A stretch of DNA of 64,000 bases. Source: Eledone cirrhosa. Lineage: Eukaryota. Position 1 is the first letter of the stretch; each line of letters begins with the position of its first letter. Shown here piece after piece: positions 24,743 through 36,325 of this stretch. The translations under genes and the position numbers were made by a program. Where the stretch lies: the NCBI GenBank assembly GCA_964016885.1, contig OZ024742.1, positions 348,068,001 through 348,132,000 on the forward strand, written 5' to 3'. Below the pieces are notes generated by a model. It had not been told where the DNA came from and did no database searches. It saw only the letters and a list, made by a program, of their open reading frames with translations.

Positions 24743-24935
24743 AACTTTTTTTGTTTAATGTAAGGAACTGTTTCTTTGTTTATTCATTATTTTTTTAATA
24801 ATTTATCTTGACTCTGTTTTCCGTTTATCTTTCACCGAAAGTGATTTTTGAATGCATCTCTTCTTTTCATGATATCCGGATTACATTGAGTTCTTCATAC
24901 GGATTGGACACTACCGTAAACTTTTGGTAGATTTA

Positions 24936-24982
<47 letters not shown>

Positions 24983-25389
24983 TGTAATGTTTTTCGAAAT
25001 ATTTACTTCTGCGTTCACAGATTGATTTTTATTTTAGTTTCAGAAGATCCCGTTAAGGGTGAAAGCAGCGATTCTTTGCTTAAACTTTAATCTGTTATTT
25101 TAATATATATATATAATTATATATTCGTGTACAGATATTTTTGCATATACAATAACAAAATATAAACAAACATATTTATTTCACGAGGCTCGATAAGGAT
25201 AAATATATATCAAATATATAAGAACCCTAGAGCAAATCCCGAGCAACGCTGGGCCATTCTGCTAATTCTTACTAAATCCTTCCAAATTCTTGATTAGTTT
25301 AAATCTATCTAATCCCTATTGTCTCATATTTTAAAGACCTTGTATTACAGTTTAAATCTATCTAACCCTTATCATTTCTTATTTTACAG

Positions 25390-25440
25390 GCTTTTTATCC
25401 TATTGAGAAAAGAATCAAAATTGAAAGAAATGACACTGTG
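25390..25440 (+). CDS. PAM: PAM exon (PHM domain)
   Basis: ttttacag|GCT...GTG|gtaatt; AFYPIEKRIKIERNDTV continues the 'PQAFYPV' motif in phase 0. Confidence 0.93.
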
Positions 25441-26556
25441 GTAATTATAGCTGTCTTTTCTAATCAGTGACAATGATAGATTTGTTATTTTAGGACATTG
25501 TTTGTAAAGTAGTTTGGATGGCCAAATGGCAGTCATTAGAATGTCAGAATGTTTTGTGGGATGTGTACTAGCTCCCTGCTTTCTCAGTTCAAATACCACC
25601 GAGATCAACTTTGTCTTCCATCCTTTCAAAGTTGATATATAAAGTACCAGTTTAATACTGGAGTCAATTCTCCCTCGCCTCTCCCTCTCTCTCATCAACT
25701 GTGTTCCGTCAGTAGTTGGGTCTATAGCATGTCAAACAAATTAGATTAGTACAAAGAGCAAGGACTGGCCTGTTGCTGTTTAAAGCCATCCTAGATAAAG
25801 TTAGGGCAAGGCAGATACTGACATAGGGGTAGAAGCAGACTGAGTTTTAAAACTTGCTCTCTAAGGGCCTTTAAGATTGGTGTTAGAGGGATGAAAGAAC
25901 CCAAGACCTATAGAATATCCACAAGCTCAGAGGTGTATTTTATTGATAGGGTGGGGTCTGGGTGTGGAATTCTTGATCTACTGCACAAATTTTGTGGCTA
26001 CATCACTGCTCAGGCTAGAAACATGGTCCAAAGGATTTACAACAGAGTGAACACCTTTACAGACCCCATTCTTCCTTTGGTACCATATGGTGGTGGTGTT
26101 GATGTAGCTACAGTCCACCTGACAGACTTACATGCAGTTTCTGTCTACCCAATTTCACACAAAAGGCTTTGGTTGGCCCAAGGTTACAGTAGGAAACACT
26201 TGCCTAAGATACTATAAAGTGCTATCAAACTCAGAACCTCATGGTTGCTAAGAAAACCACTTGACAGGGTTAAATTATTGCATCCAAATTATTACTGAAC
26301 TGTGTGTATCTGGTTTAGAATAGGTACACTGTATCCTAAGTGATGTAAGAGTTAACTAAAACAGTTAGAAGAGCATTTGGTTGTAAAATATTGCATCAAA
26401 AAGGACCCCATGATGAGTATGAAGCCTGACATGGCACTTGCAGGATTAACTCCTGTTTTAGCAGGGGAAATGGTTTTAAAACACTTGTGTTGTTGTTGTA
26501 GGAGAGGTCTTTACATCAGCTTATTGTCTATTCTCTTTTCTACACCATTTGTATCT

Positions 26557-26781
26557 GGTTTAGAATAGGTACACTGTATCCCCGACTGACATAAGAGGTT
26601 ACTAAAAGGGTTGGTTTAGAATAGGTACACTGTATCCCTGTCTGTTGTAAGAGGTTACTAAAAGGGTTGGTTTAGAATAGGTACACTGTATCCCTGTGTG
26701 TCATAAGAGGTTACTAAAAGGGTTGGTTTAGAATAGGTACACTGTATCCCTGTGTGTCATAAGAGGTTACTAAAAGGGCTG
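26557..26781. repeat. 56-bp tandem repeat, 4 copies
   Basis: GGTTTAGAATAGGTACACTGTATCCC... at 26557, 26613, 26669, 26725. Confidence 0.9.
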
Positions 26782-27339
26782 GCACTAGGAAGGGCATTCA
26801 GCTGTAAAACATTGCTTCAAAACATTGCTTCAAAACAAGGGACCACATGATGAGCCTGATTGTTATTGGACCTCTGTTGATTCCAAAATCACATGTTTTA
26901 GTTGTTTGATCAGCAGAACAGCCTGTTTGGAAAATTAACATGCAAGTGACTGATCATTCCACAGACATGTGTACTCTTAACATAGTTCTCAGGGAAACGC
27001 GGACGTAAAATGATGATGATGATGATGATGATTCAGCAGCATGACACAGTATGTGACAAGGCTTTCCCTTTGAATTACAGGTACAACTCATTTTTTCCAG
27101 CTGAGTGAACTGGAGCAACAATATAAAGTATCTTGCTTCAAGACACAGTATTGGGAATTAAGCTCACAACCTTACGATTGTGAGCTGATCACTCTAACCA
27201 CTAGGCCATGTGTCTTTATGATGAGCATCATTACATATTGATTATTCTGTTTTCTATGAAAGGTTTATATCATCATCCTCATCATCACTGTTTAATATAT
27301 ATTTTCCATGCTTGCATGGGTTAGACAGGTTGTCACAGA

Positions 27340-28355
27340 TGGTTTCTATGCCTGGATGCCCTTCGTAACACCAACCACTTCACGGTGTGTACTGAGAGCA
27401 TGGTTTCTATGGCTGGATGCCCTTCCTAACACCAACCACATTACAGTGTGTACTGAGAGCATGGTTTCTATGGCTGGATGCCCTTCCCAACACCAACCAC
27501 ATTACAGTGTGTACTGAGAGCATTGTTTCTATGGCTGGATGCCCTTCCTAACACCAACCACATTACAGTGTGTACTGGGAGCATGGTTTCTATGGCTGGA
27601 TGCCCTTCCTAACACCAACCACATTACAGTGTGTACTGAGAGCATGGTTTCTATGGCTGGATGCCCTTCCTAACACCAACTACATTACAGTGTGTGCTGA
27701 GAGCATGGTTTCTATGGCTGGATGCCCTTCCTAACACCAACTACATTACAGTGTGTGCTGAGAGCATGGTTTCTATGGCTGGATGCCCTTCCTAACACCA
27801 ACCACATTACAGTGTGTACTGAGAGCATGGTTTCTATGGCTGGATGCCCTTCCTAACACCAACTACATTACAGTGTGTGCTGAGAGCATGGTTTCTATGG
27901 CTGGATGCCCTTCCTAACACCAACTACATTACAGTGTGTGCTGAGAGCATGGTTTCTATGGCTGGATGCCCTTCCTAACACCAACTACATTACAGTGTGT
28001 GCTGAGAGCATGGTTTCTATGGCTGGATGCCCTTCCTAACACCAACTACATTACAGTGTGTGCTGAGAGCATGGTTTCTATGGCTGGATGCCCTTCCTAA
28101 CACCAACCACATTACAGTGTGTGCTGAGAGCATGGTTTCTATGGCTGGATGTCCTTCCTAACACCAACTACATTACAGTGTGTGCTGAGAGCATGGTTTC
28201 TATGGCCGGATGCCCTTCCTAACACCAACCACATTACAGTGTGTACTGGGAGCATGGTTTCTATGGCTGGATGCCCTTCCTAACACCAACTACATTACAG
28301 TGTGTGCTGAGAGCATGGTTTCTATGGCTGGATGCCCTTCCTAACACCAACCACT
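27340..28355. repeat. 61-bp minisatellite derived from the RTE/SINE 3' UTR, ~16 copies
   Basis: unit GAGCATGGTTTCTATGGCTGGATGCCCTTCCTAACACCAACCACATTACAGTGTGTACTGA. Confidence 0.95.
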
Positions 28356-28441
28356 ACAGGGCATGTTCGTATGAGTTGTATTTTATCGTGGCACCATTAC
28401 TACTACCTTCTATTAAAATATAACATCTCTTGTCCTGCTAG

Positions 28442-28494
28442 GTTGCTCGCTGTACCTACAACTCAACAGGTCGAAATAGAACCACATTGATGGG
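28442..28494 (+). CDS. PAM: PAM exon (PHM domain)
   Basis: ctgctag|GTT...GG|gtaggt; VARCTYNSTGRNRTTLMG matches PHM 'AARCVFTGEGRTEATHIG'. Confidence 0.93.
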
Positions 28495-28584
28495 GTAGGT
28501 ATCAACATTTGATAATCTCACCTCATCTACATAATGTTTAATGTTTCACCTGGCAAAATTCCTCTCATAATATCATATCTGAAT

Positions 28585-28886
28585 CTACTCTCTCTCTCTC
28601 TCTTCTGCTCATACACCACACATACACACTCTCTTCCCACCTCTCTCTCTCTCTCCTCTTCCTCTCTCATCTCACTCTTCCACTCATACACCACACTCTC
28701 TCTCTCTTTCACTCATACACCACACTCGCTCTCACTGTCACTTATACACCACACTCGCTCTCACTGTCACTCTCTCTCTCTCACTGATATACCACACTCT
28801 CTCTCTCTCACACACACACCTCTCACATATTCAGACATACTTTATCTCTCTCACACACACACACCCCTCACACATATTCACACATA

Positions 28887-28975
<89 letters not shown>
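28585..28975. repeat. (CT)n/(CA)n microsatellite region
   Basis: CT-rich tract followed by a pure (CA)n run at ~28895-28975. Confidence 0.95.
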
Positions 28976-28977
<2 letters not shown>

Positions 28978-29048
28978 TTCTCCGACACACATTTTCATAA
29001 TGTGGAAACATGAATAAATCTGTCTTTCCAATTTCTTCCATTTCGCAG

Positions 29049-29800
29049 CCCTACCCACACTGATGAGATGTGCAACTTCTACATGATGTACTACTTCCAA
29101 AGTAGCGACCACACACCCAGCTTTATGGAATGTATTAACAATAATTTCCCGACAATCGCGAAACATATTCCAGCTTCATCTATGGATCAGCTGCCTTATA
29201 ATCCATATTTAGAAAAGAAAGCATCACAATCTATAGCACACCCCAGTGAAACTGCCATTCACCAGTCATTAGATAAGAAAGAGAAAGCTGAGGAAGGTGG
29301 TCCTGCTCAACTGTTTCAAGGTAGGCGCTATAGCAATGAGAACAAACATTATAATTATCCTGTCTTTCATCCCCACAGTCATAAGTTTTCACTGCAGACT
29401 TCTTCTGGCGATTACAAAAGAACCAATCAATACAAACACTTTAATCAACAGTTTGATTTTTACGATAACAAGGTACCTGGATACTTTGGTGATCGCAGGC
29501 TGGAACAGCAGCACCAAAAGGCAAAGAATCGCAATAGAAATAAAGCGTTCCAGCTTCTCAATGAACAAATGTTGTCTGATTCTCAGAGAAATCACCTGAG
29601 TAACAATTACATATGGCAGAATAAGAATCCATTTGAAAGATTGCATTTGTTAAAGAAAGAAGAAAATTCTCAGCTTGCTACCAGCACCTCGTTAGATACA
29701 GGTACAGCACCTCACCAGGCAACAGTGCTTCCAGCAACATCTGCTGGAGGTCCACTTAAGAAAACAGCTGCCCCAAATGCCGTGAAAGCATATTCAGTCA
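29049..29800 (+). CDS. PAM: PAM exon: PHM C-terminus (CuM Met ligand) plus long PHM-PAL linker
   Basis: tttcgcag|C CCT; PTHTDEMCNFYMMYY matches 'DEMCNLYIMYY'; open for 752 nt to GTC A|gtaagc (phase 1, matching the next exon). The 3' boundary is less certain. Confidence 0.85.
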
Positions 29801-30389
29801 GTAAGCGATCACTTTTGTGTGTTCAAAGCTACTGTTATCTGTCTTGTCGCTATGTCTGATTGTTAACAACCAAGCTATTTTAATATTTAATTATCTTAGT
29901 GTTAATTGGCTTTTCCTTTTTAATATGCACCCACCTAAAACTCCAACTGGTTCTATGATAAAATTGTCCATTTTAAAGTATTCATATTTAAATTAATACC
30001 TACCCTCATAATTTTATCTAAGAACTTACTGTTCTAAAATAAAACAACTTTATGAAAAGGTTATATCATTAAATCCTTACAAATCCTTGATTATTTTCAA
30101 AATGAATAGAAATGCAATCAATATATTTCATGAGAAATACAGTTATGAAAGGATTAAAATATTCTCTTTGCCAAAATTAACTATTTTTTGTTTCCATGTT
30201 TCTAATGAAAGACACTGCTCATGATTTTGGAGGGATTTAGTAGTATTATTAAGCATTATTCAGCTGGTGGTTAGGACATAACTTGACATTTTTTAAATTA
30301 AAATTATAATGAAAATTGTTTAGATAAATATAAACATTTTGTATCATTGAACCAGGAGTGGTTTCAGGCAGTTTGGTATCAAAAGTGTT

Positions 30390-30970
30390 AATAATAATAA
30401 TAATGATAATGAAAAATGTTTGTGTACAGTGCTCAGGTGCACTACAACTCATCAAAGGTGCATGTATAGTACGGAGAATAATGTACAAATGTCAGGAAAG
30501 TGAACAGTATATGAGTCATGATATACACACAGATACAAGCGTGCGTGTGTATGGAGGGAGAATATCAGGTGTAGTGTTGGTGAATTTCTTGAAGCATGGA
30601 AGTTTTGAAGGATGCAGTGTCTCACAACTGATGCAGGTAGTTTGTTCCATGCTTCAGTAACTCTGAGCGTGAAAAAATGTTTCCGAAAGTCATGGGAACT
30701 GTGCTGTTTTCTGACTTTGTAGACATGCCTACGTGTGTTAGACACATGGAATTCAAAACGGTTCTCAGGGTTGTTGTTGGCAAGATGGTTAATAATTTTG
30801 TGGGTGTTTACCAAGTCAGTTGCCAGACGTTGGAGCTTTAATGTATCCATGCCCAGAGAAGCAAGGTGTTCAGAGTATGGTAGATGCCTGATGGAGGGTA
30901 CTTGCTTGTTTGCACGTTTCTGAACAGTTTCCAGATCAATATTGTTAGCAAGATAGGGGTTCCAGGCGGA
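30390..30970 (-). mobile_element. CR1 LINE 3' fragment
   Basis: LQRLATDLVNTHKII...HFFTLRVTEAWNKLP on -, with (ATT)n tail. Confidence 0.88.
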
Positions 30971-31764
30971 TATAGACTCCTTTGTTTAAAAGGATATACA
31001 TGTGTGTTTGTATGTATATCATCATCATCATCATTGTTTAATGTCTATCTTCCACGCTAGCATGGGTTTAGATGGGAATATCAGGTGTATATTATAATAT
31101 ATATATTATAATTTCATTGACAGAGACTTCAAAGTCTTACTAGCCATGGCTTGTATGTGTGCGTATATCATCACCATCACTGTTTTATGTCTTTTTTAGG
31201 CACTTGCATGGGTTAGACAGGTGTTACACTCTGAGGTTAGACAAGCAGGTCAGATGACTGCTTTGTTCATAGATTCCACTTTAGCATGGTTTTTATTGTT
31301 AGATGCCCTTCCTAACACCAGCCACTTAACAGTGTGTACTTTGTTTTCTTGGTGGTATCATCACTACCACTTTACAGAGTGGACTAGGTGCATTTTATTG
31401 TGACACCAATACTCTCACCTTTCAGTGTGGGCTGAGCATATATACATCATCATCATTGTTTAATATCTATCTTCCATGCTAACATGGGTTACATGCCTTT
31501 GTCCCATTTAGAGGCAAGTTGGGTCGGGTGACCGTGTTTCACTCAAATAGGACTGTTTCTGGCTGGTTTTCTACGGGTGAATTCCCTTCCTAGTGCCAAC
31601 TCCATTTACAGTGTGTGCTGGGTACTTTTTGTCGTGACACCTACACAACCACTTTATAGTGTGGGCTGGATTTTTGAGGTACCAACATAACATACATATA
31701 TGATAATGATGATGATGATCCACACACATATATATATATATACTTGTGCATATATGCATATATT

Positions 31765-33250
31765 ATCATCATCACCACTGTTTTACGTCCATTTTCCATG
31801 CCAGCATGGGTTAGCCAAGTTGTTCTGTTGTGGGCAATGCTAGGTCAGGTGACCATGTCTTGCTCTTAAAGGATTGATTCTGGCTTGGTTTCCACAGCTA
31901 GGTGCCCTTCCTAACACCAACCTCATTTACAGTGAGTACTGGGTGCTTTTTGTCATGATGCCTACACGACCACTTTACAGTGTGGGCTGGGGGCTTCACT
32001 AGATGTATTTACTTTGGCCTGTTCTCATGGAGGTATATGGGAGGGTGCGTTGGGGCATACCGTATGTATGCTTCAGTTTGTGCACGTGGTAAGTCAGGTT
32101 TTTATATTACTGTGTATCACCAGAGATCTCGGTCCTGTGTCATCGCTTTTGAGAGGTGCAATTGAGCAAGGCCAGGTTTTATCGCCTCATCTCAAGTCTT
32201 CCTCGGTCTCCCCTCTCCAAAGCTTCCATCGACTTTGAGCGCTCTGTACCTTTTTATGCAGCTGTCACCCTTCATATGCATCAAATGTCCATACCAATGT
32301 AATCACCTCTCCTGCACACAGCATTTGATTCCTCTTACGCCTAGTTTCTCTCTCAGTTCATTTATGCTTCACTGTTCTCGTATATTACTATTACACATCC
32401 ATCAGAGCATGCAAGCTTCATTTCTTTCCAATTTATGCAAGTCTTCTGCACACAGCGTCCAAGTCTCACCACCATGCAACATTGCTGTCCATATACACGC
32501 ATACAGTCTGCCATTCATTCTGAGGAAAGAGCCTTTTGAAGCCTGCAGTGGTAGTAGCTCCCTGAACTTTTTCCATCCGTTCTTACCCTGGTTACTGTAC
32601 TTTCAGAACACCCACTTCTGCTGCGAATTCGGTCACCTAGGTAGCAGAAGCTGTCTACTGTTTCTACAGAGCCCTCCCAGAATTTGGTAGTGCTTGTTTC
32701 CTGCAGTCATTTGCTGCTTACTGTCCCAGTGCAACTGCTACATGTAAAGCCTAGATTCTTAGCTAAACTTCCTGAGATTCCACTACATCTCTTGTGTACC
32801 CATAGTTTGAATATAGGGCAGAGGATGGAGTTTCTACTTACACCTTTCCTACATACTGAGCAAGGCCATTTCCCTGCAGGGATCTAGGTTCTGTTTTCTC
32901 TTCTTACTTGGACCTTAGTCTTTGTGACCCCTTCTTTCTAGGCCCTGCTTCCATGTTTGGAATTTCTTCTATAGTTCTTCCATAGATTCAGTTATGAGTG
33001 TAAGATTATCCACGTACAGAAGTTCTCATGGTCAGCTGGTCTTCCGTTATAGCCTAAAAAATGATAATAAACAGAAGGCTAAGAACAAAGCCCTGGTGGA
33101 CGCCAACCTGTATGCTAAATTCTTCGCTATAGTCATTGTTAATCCTGACTTTACTGACTGCTCCTCTATATATGGCTTGTATAGCCTTCACAAACCACTC
33201 ATCTACTCCTAGTTTTCTAAGAGCTCACCAGATTATGACACGGGGCACTC
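31765..33250 (-). mobile_element. RTE LINE fragment, decayed
   Basis: diverged reverse complement of 12335-13783 with deletions. Confidence 0.88.
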
Positions 33251-33290
33251 TGAAGTAGAGTTTAAATATTTATTATGGCTAAGTAGTGGG

Positions 33291-33329
33291 TCTTGTTACT
33301 GTGGAGTTTCACAGGATCATCAGACAAGA
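33291..33329 (-). ncRNA. Hammerhead motif with collapsed stem II
   Basis: on -: TCTTGT-CTGATGA-TCCTGT-GAAAC-TCCACA-GTA-ACAAGA. Confidence 0.6.
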
Positions 33330-33378
33330 CTTGTCTGATGATCCTGTGAGTGCACGGGTGAAACTTGGCAGTAACAAG
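33330..33378 (+). ncRNA. Minimal type I hammerhead ribozyme motif
   Basis: CTTGT-CTGATGA-T-CCTGTG-agtg-CACGGG-T-GAAAC-TTGGCA-GTA-ACAAG; all three stems pair. Confidence 0.8.
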
Positions 33379-34763
33379 ACTCACTACTTAACCATAGTAA
33401 ATGAATATTATATATATATATATATCTATCTAACCCATGCTAGGATAAGCACTGGCCTGATGAGACTCTGGAGTCTAGATAGACTTTAGACTTTAGAATC
33501 ATTATACTGTATAGTTGTGCTTTTCAAGAATGTCTGGCTAATGTGGTTTCATATACTACACAATGTTAAGAGTTAATTGCTGCAGTGAAATTTCTATCAA
33601 TCACATACTTTAGGTTGTATCTTACATTCAACATGATTTTGGTAAAGAAACAAAATGCAATACCTTCCTTTTAATGAGAAATTTTGAAGACCTCCCTCCC
33701 TCCTTCCCTTGCTTCTATTGTTTTTGCTTGTTTTGTATAGTTATCCCTTTTGTAATATGTGTATTGTGCATTTGTTAACTCTTTCACTACTGATTTAAAA
33801 AAATAATATTTTGTTTTTAATTGAAAATGGTTAATTTTAATCCAATTAAACCAGTAATATGTATTCTTATGTAGATTGTTCTTTTTTCCTTTTTCTTTTC
33901 TCAGAACTATGCATATGGGACAGTTGTCCCAACACTGTTATAAATGGGGACATTTTCCCCAACAATGTTATAAATGGGGACATTTGTCCCAACAGTGTTA
34001 CAAATAGGGACAACTTTATACCAGTAGCATCAGCATGACTCAATATGATTAATAATGGTTTCTTATATAGGCACAAGGCCAGTAATTTGGGGGGAGGGGA
34101 AAGTTGATTAAATCGACCCCAGTGCGTGACTGGTACTTTATTTTATCGACCCCATAAGGATGAAAGCAAAGTTAACCTCGGCGGGATTTGAACTCAGATC
34201 ATAAAGAGCCGTAACTCTATGCTGCAAAGCATGGCGTCCGACTGTCTGCTGATACTGCTAATAATAAAAATAAGAAAATTAACTTTTTACTAAATTATGA
34301 TAAATAATAACAAAAGAATTCAGTAGAATGTAAACTGTATTTTCAAATGTACACGACCCTACTTTATGTAGTGCACCTGAGATCTGTACACAATAATTTT
34401 CATTATCATTATTAATTTATTGAAAGGGTCACTTTCAGCATGTCTTTCTTTTCACCATCCTCAAAGAATACAAAAAATACCAGGCGTTAAATGTTGCTAG
34501 CCCTAACATAAACATTTAATAATTCTAGATGTGATGTTGTATATGAATATTACCCTCACCACCAAAGACAACCTCTCTAGTGTTGGCGTCACAATAAAAT
34601 GCTCCCAGTGCACTCTGTAGAGTGGTTGGTGGTTGGAAAGGCATCCAACTGTAGACACGAGTGAGAGAGAGAGAAAATCAACTCCAGTTTTGGTATTTGA
34701 ATTATAGATCTCAAAAGGATGGAAAGTAAAATTGATCTGGAGAAGGTATGAATTCAGAGTGTG

Positions 34764-35002
34764 TTAACCCTTTTGTTATCAAAACCTGGTCAAAACTGGC
34801 TCTGATTCGATGAAATAAAACCACCTATTTTAAAGGTTCCCAAATTTAAATGAAAATCTTTCAACATAATTTTATATAAGAACTTTACATTAAGTATCTT
34901 AGTAACGAAATAAATTATAATTTAGACAAATCCCTCAAAATTCTTCATTAATTAATTGAAACAGAGTGTAATTTATTAGAGATGCAGTCCTGAAAGGGTT
35001 AA
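34764..35002. mobile_element. piggyBac-like TTAA MITE inserted in a SINE
   Basis: TTAA-CCCTTT...AAAGGG-TTAA; SINE halves at ~34680-34760 and 35003-35055 (-). Confidence 0.65.
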
Positions 35003-35479
35003 GCCAAAATAAATATCGAGGTATTTAATCTGACATTCTAACGACTCTGCCAATTCAAGGGAAACAACTCTGACAGAATTATTGGAATGTAGAGCCTTGC
35101 AAGTGATTTCTTGTCAAATCTTGCCAAGCTCTCACCTCAAACTCTCCTGGTGGTATGTCTTGCCTCTAGATCCATATGGTTTGGAGTGAGAATGTGTGGC
35201 CAATGATGGGCAGGTTGTCTTCACTTAAAACAAGGTCATGGGCAAATTCTGATTTTCAATCCTAATGAAACAAATTTTTATTAAATTTTATAAAACTTTT
35301 TTATACCAAACCAGCTCTGATTCTATGAAACAAAACCGCCTATTTTAAAGAGTTCCTATTTTAATTGAAACCTTTCAATATAATTTTATATAAGAATCAC
35401 ATATTAAGGTACTATTTTAGTAAACCTTACTTATGGTCATAAATTTTTGGTAGTGACCAAAAGAATACAATTGTGAATA

Positions 35480-35850
35480 CAAGCAGCCAGAATGGGGTTC
35501 CTCCAAAGGGTCTTTGGAGTACTGTTACTCGATAGAGTGCATAGCTCAGAGATCAGAGAGTCACTCCTGGTAGATCCACTACTTCTCTGAATTGGGAGAT
35601 CACAGCTCCGATACTATGGGCATGTGGTTAGAATGACTCAGGAAAGAATCGCTGAACAGATTTTATGGTCAAAACCAACTGGCAGGAGACCCAGGAGTAG
35701 ACCCTGAGTAAGATGGTTGGATAACATCCATGAGCTTGGCTGCTCTTGCTTGGGGATCCAGCTGGATCAGTTGGAGATGGTTGCTCCTGACAGGACCTGC
35801 TGGAAGGAGTATTTGATGACTGTCTCCACGACCTTCTCAAAAATGAGTGG
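35480..35850 (+). mobile_element. RTE/Expander-like LINE 3' fragment
   Basis: GRRPRSRP*VRWLDNIHEL remnant; related inverted copy at ~45970-46330. Confidence 0.6.
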
Positions 35851-36198
35851 GTAAATAATGTATTTTATTAAAAATACTATCATAATTTACTATTGGTTAC
35901 TCTAAGTATTAGAAATACTATCATAATTTACTATTGGTTACTCTAAGTATTAGAAATACTATTATAATTTACTATTGGTTTCTCTAAGTATTTTCTGGAC
36001 CCAACGTAATTACTTTACAATAGTTTTCCATATGTATCTAAACCCTTCCTCCTCTTCATATATCTTCTAGTGTGATATTTGTTGTTGTTGTTATTTGAAT
36101 TGAAATGTTACTGTTTCTCTAATGTAGAATTATACTTTATATACCTACTTTATATTATACTTTATATACCTACTATTTACTTCATTATTTTCTTCAAG

Positions 36199-36325
36199 CA
36201 ATGACCTATGTACCTAATTGGCCAGCTAAGAATGGATTAACTCTCGGTCATGTGAGTGGTGTTAGTGTAGGACCTGATGGCAGCGTGCATGTTTTTCATC
36301 GAGGAACACAAATCTGGAATACTCG
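36199..36325 (+). CDS. PAM: PAM exon (start of PAL domain)
   Basis: cttcaag|CA ATG...CG|gtgaga; MTYVPNWPAKNGLTLGHVSGVSVGPDGSVHVFHRGTQIWNT matches PAL 'WP...GQVSGV...IFHRGDHVWD'. Confidence 0.93.

Larger units (their letters stand above)
18742..24939 (+). mobile_element. Penelope-like retroelement (probably Hydra clade), 5' truncated, with inverted pLTR, inserted in (TA)n
   Basis: C-terminal GIY-YIG endonuclease, inverted arms 18742-21198 / 22313-24806, hammerhead motif in each arm, (TA)n on both sides. Confidence 0.85.
18380..25265 (+). mobile_element. Non-autonomous Helitron split by the Penelope-like insertion
   Basis: A|TCTATATATCTAAAA 5' end at 18380; 3' hairpin CCCGAGCAACGCTGGG then CTAA|T at 25262-25266, the same end motif as 2910-2937. 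Confidence 0.8.

Noticed and set aside
18742-24939. Foldback/DNA transposon or Polinton reading of the long inverted repeat
   Set aside because: No transposase or integrase; GIY-YIG, hammerheads and (TA)n flanks fit a Penelope-like element better.
27340-28355. Regular arrays resembling CRISPR (also 5648-6078, 41390-43260)
   Set aside because: No unique spacers, no cas genes, eukaryotic intronic context.
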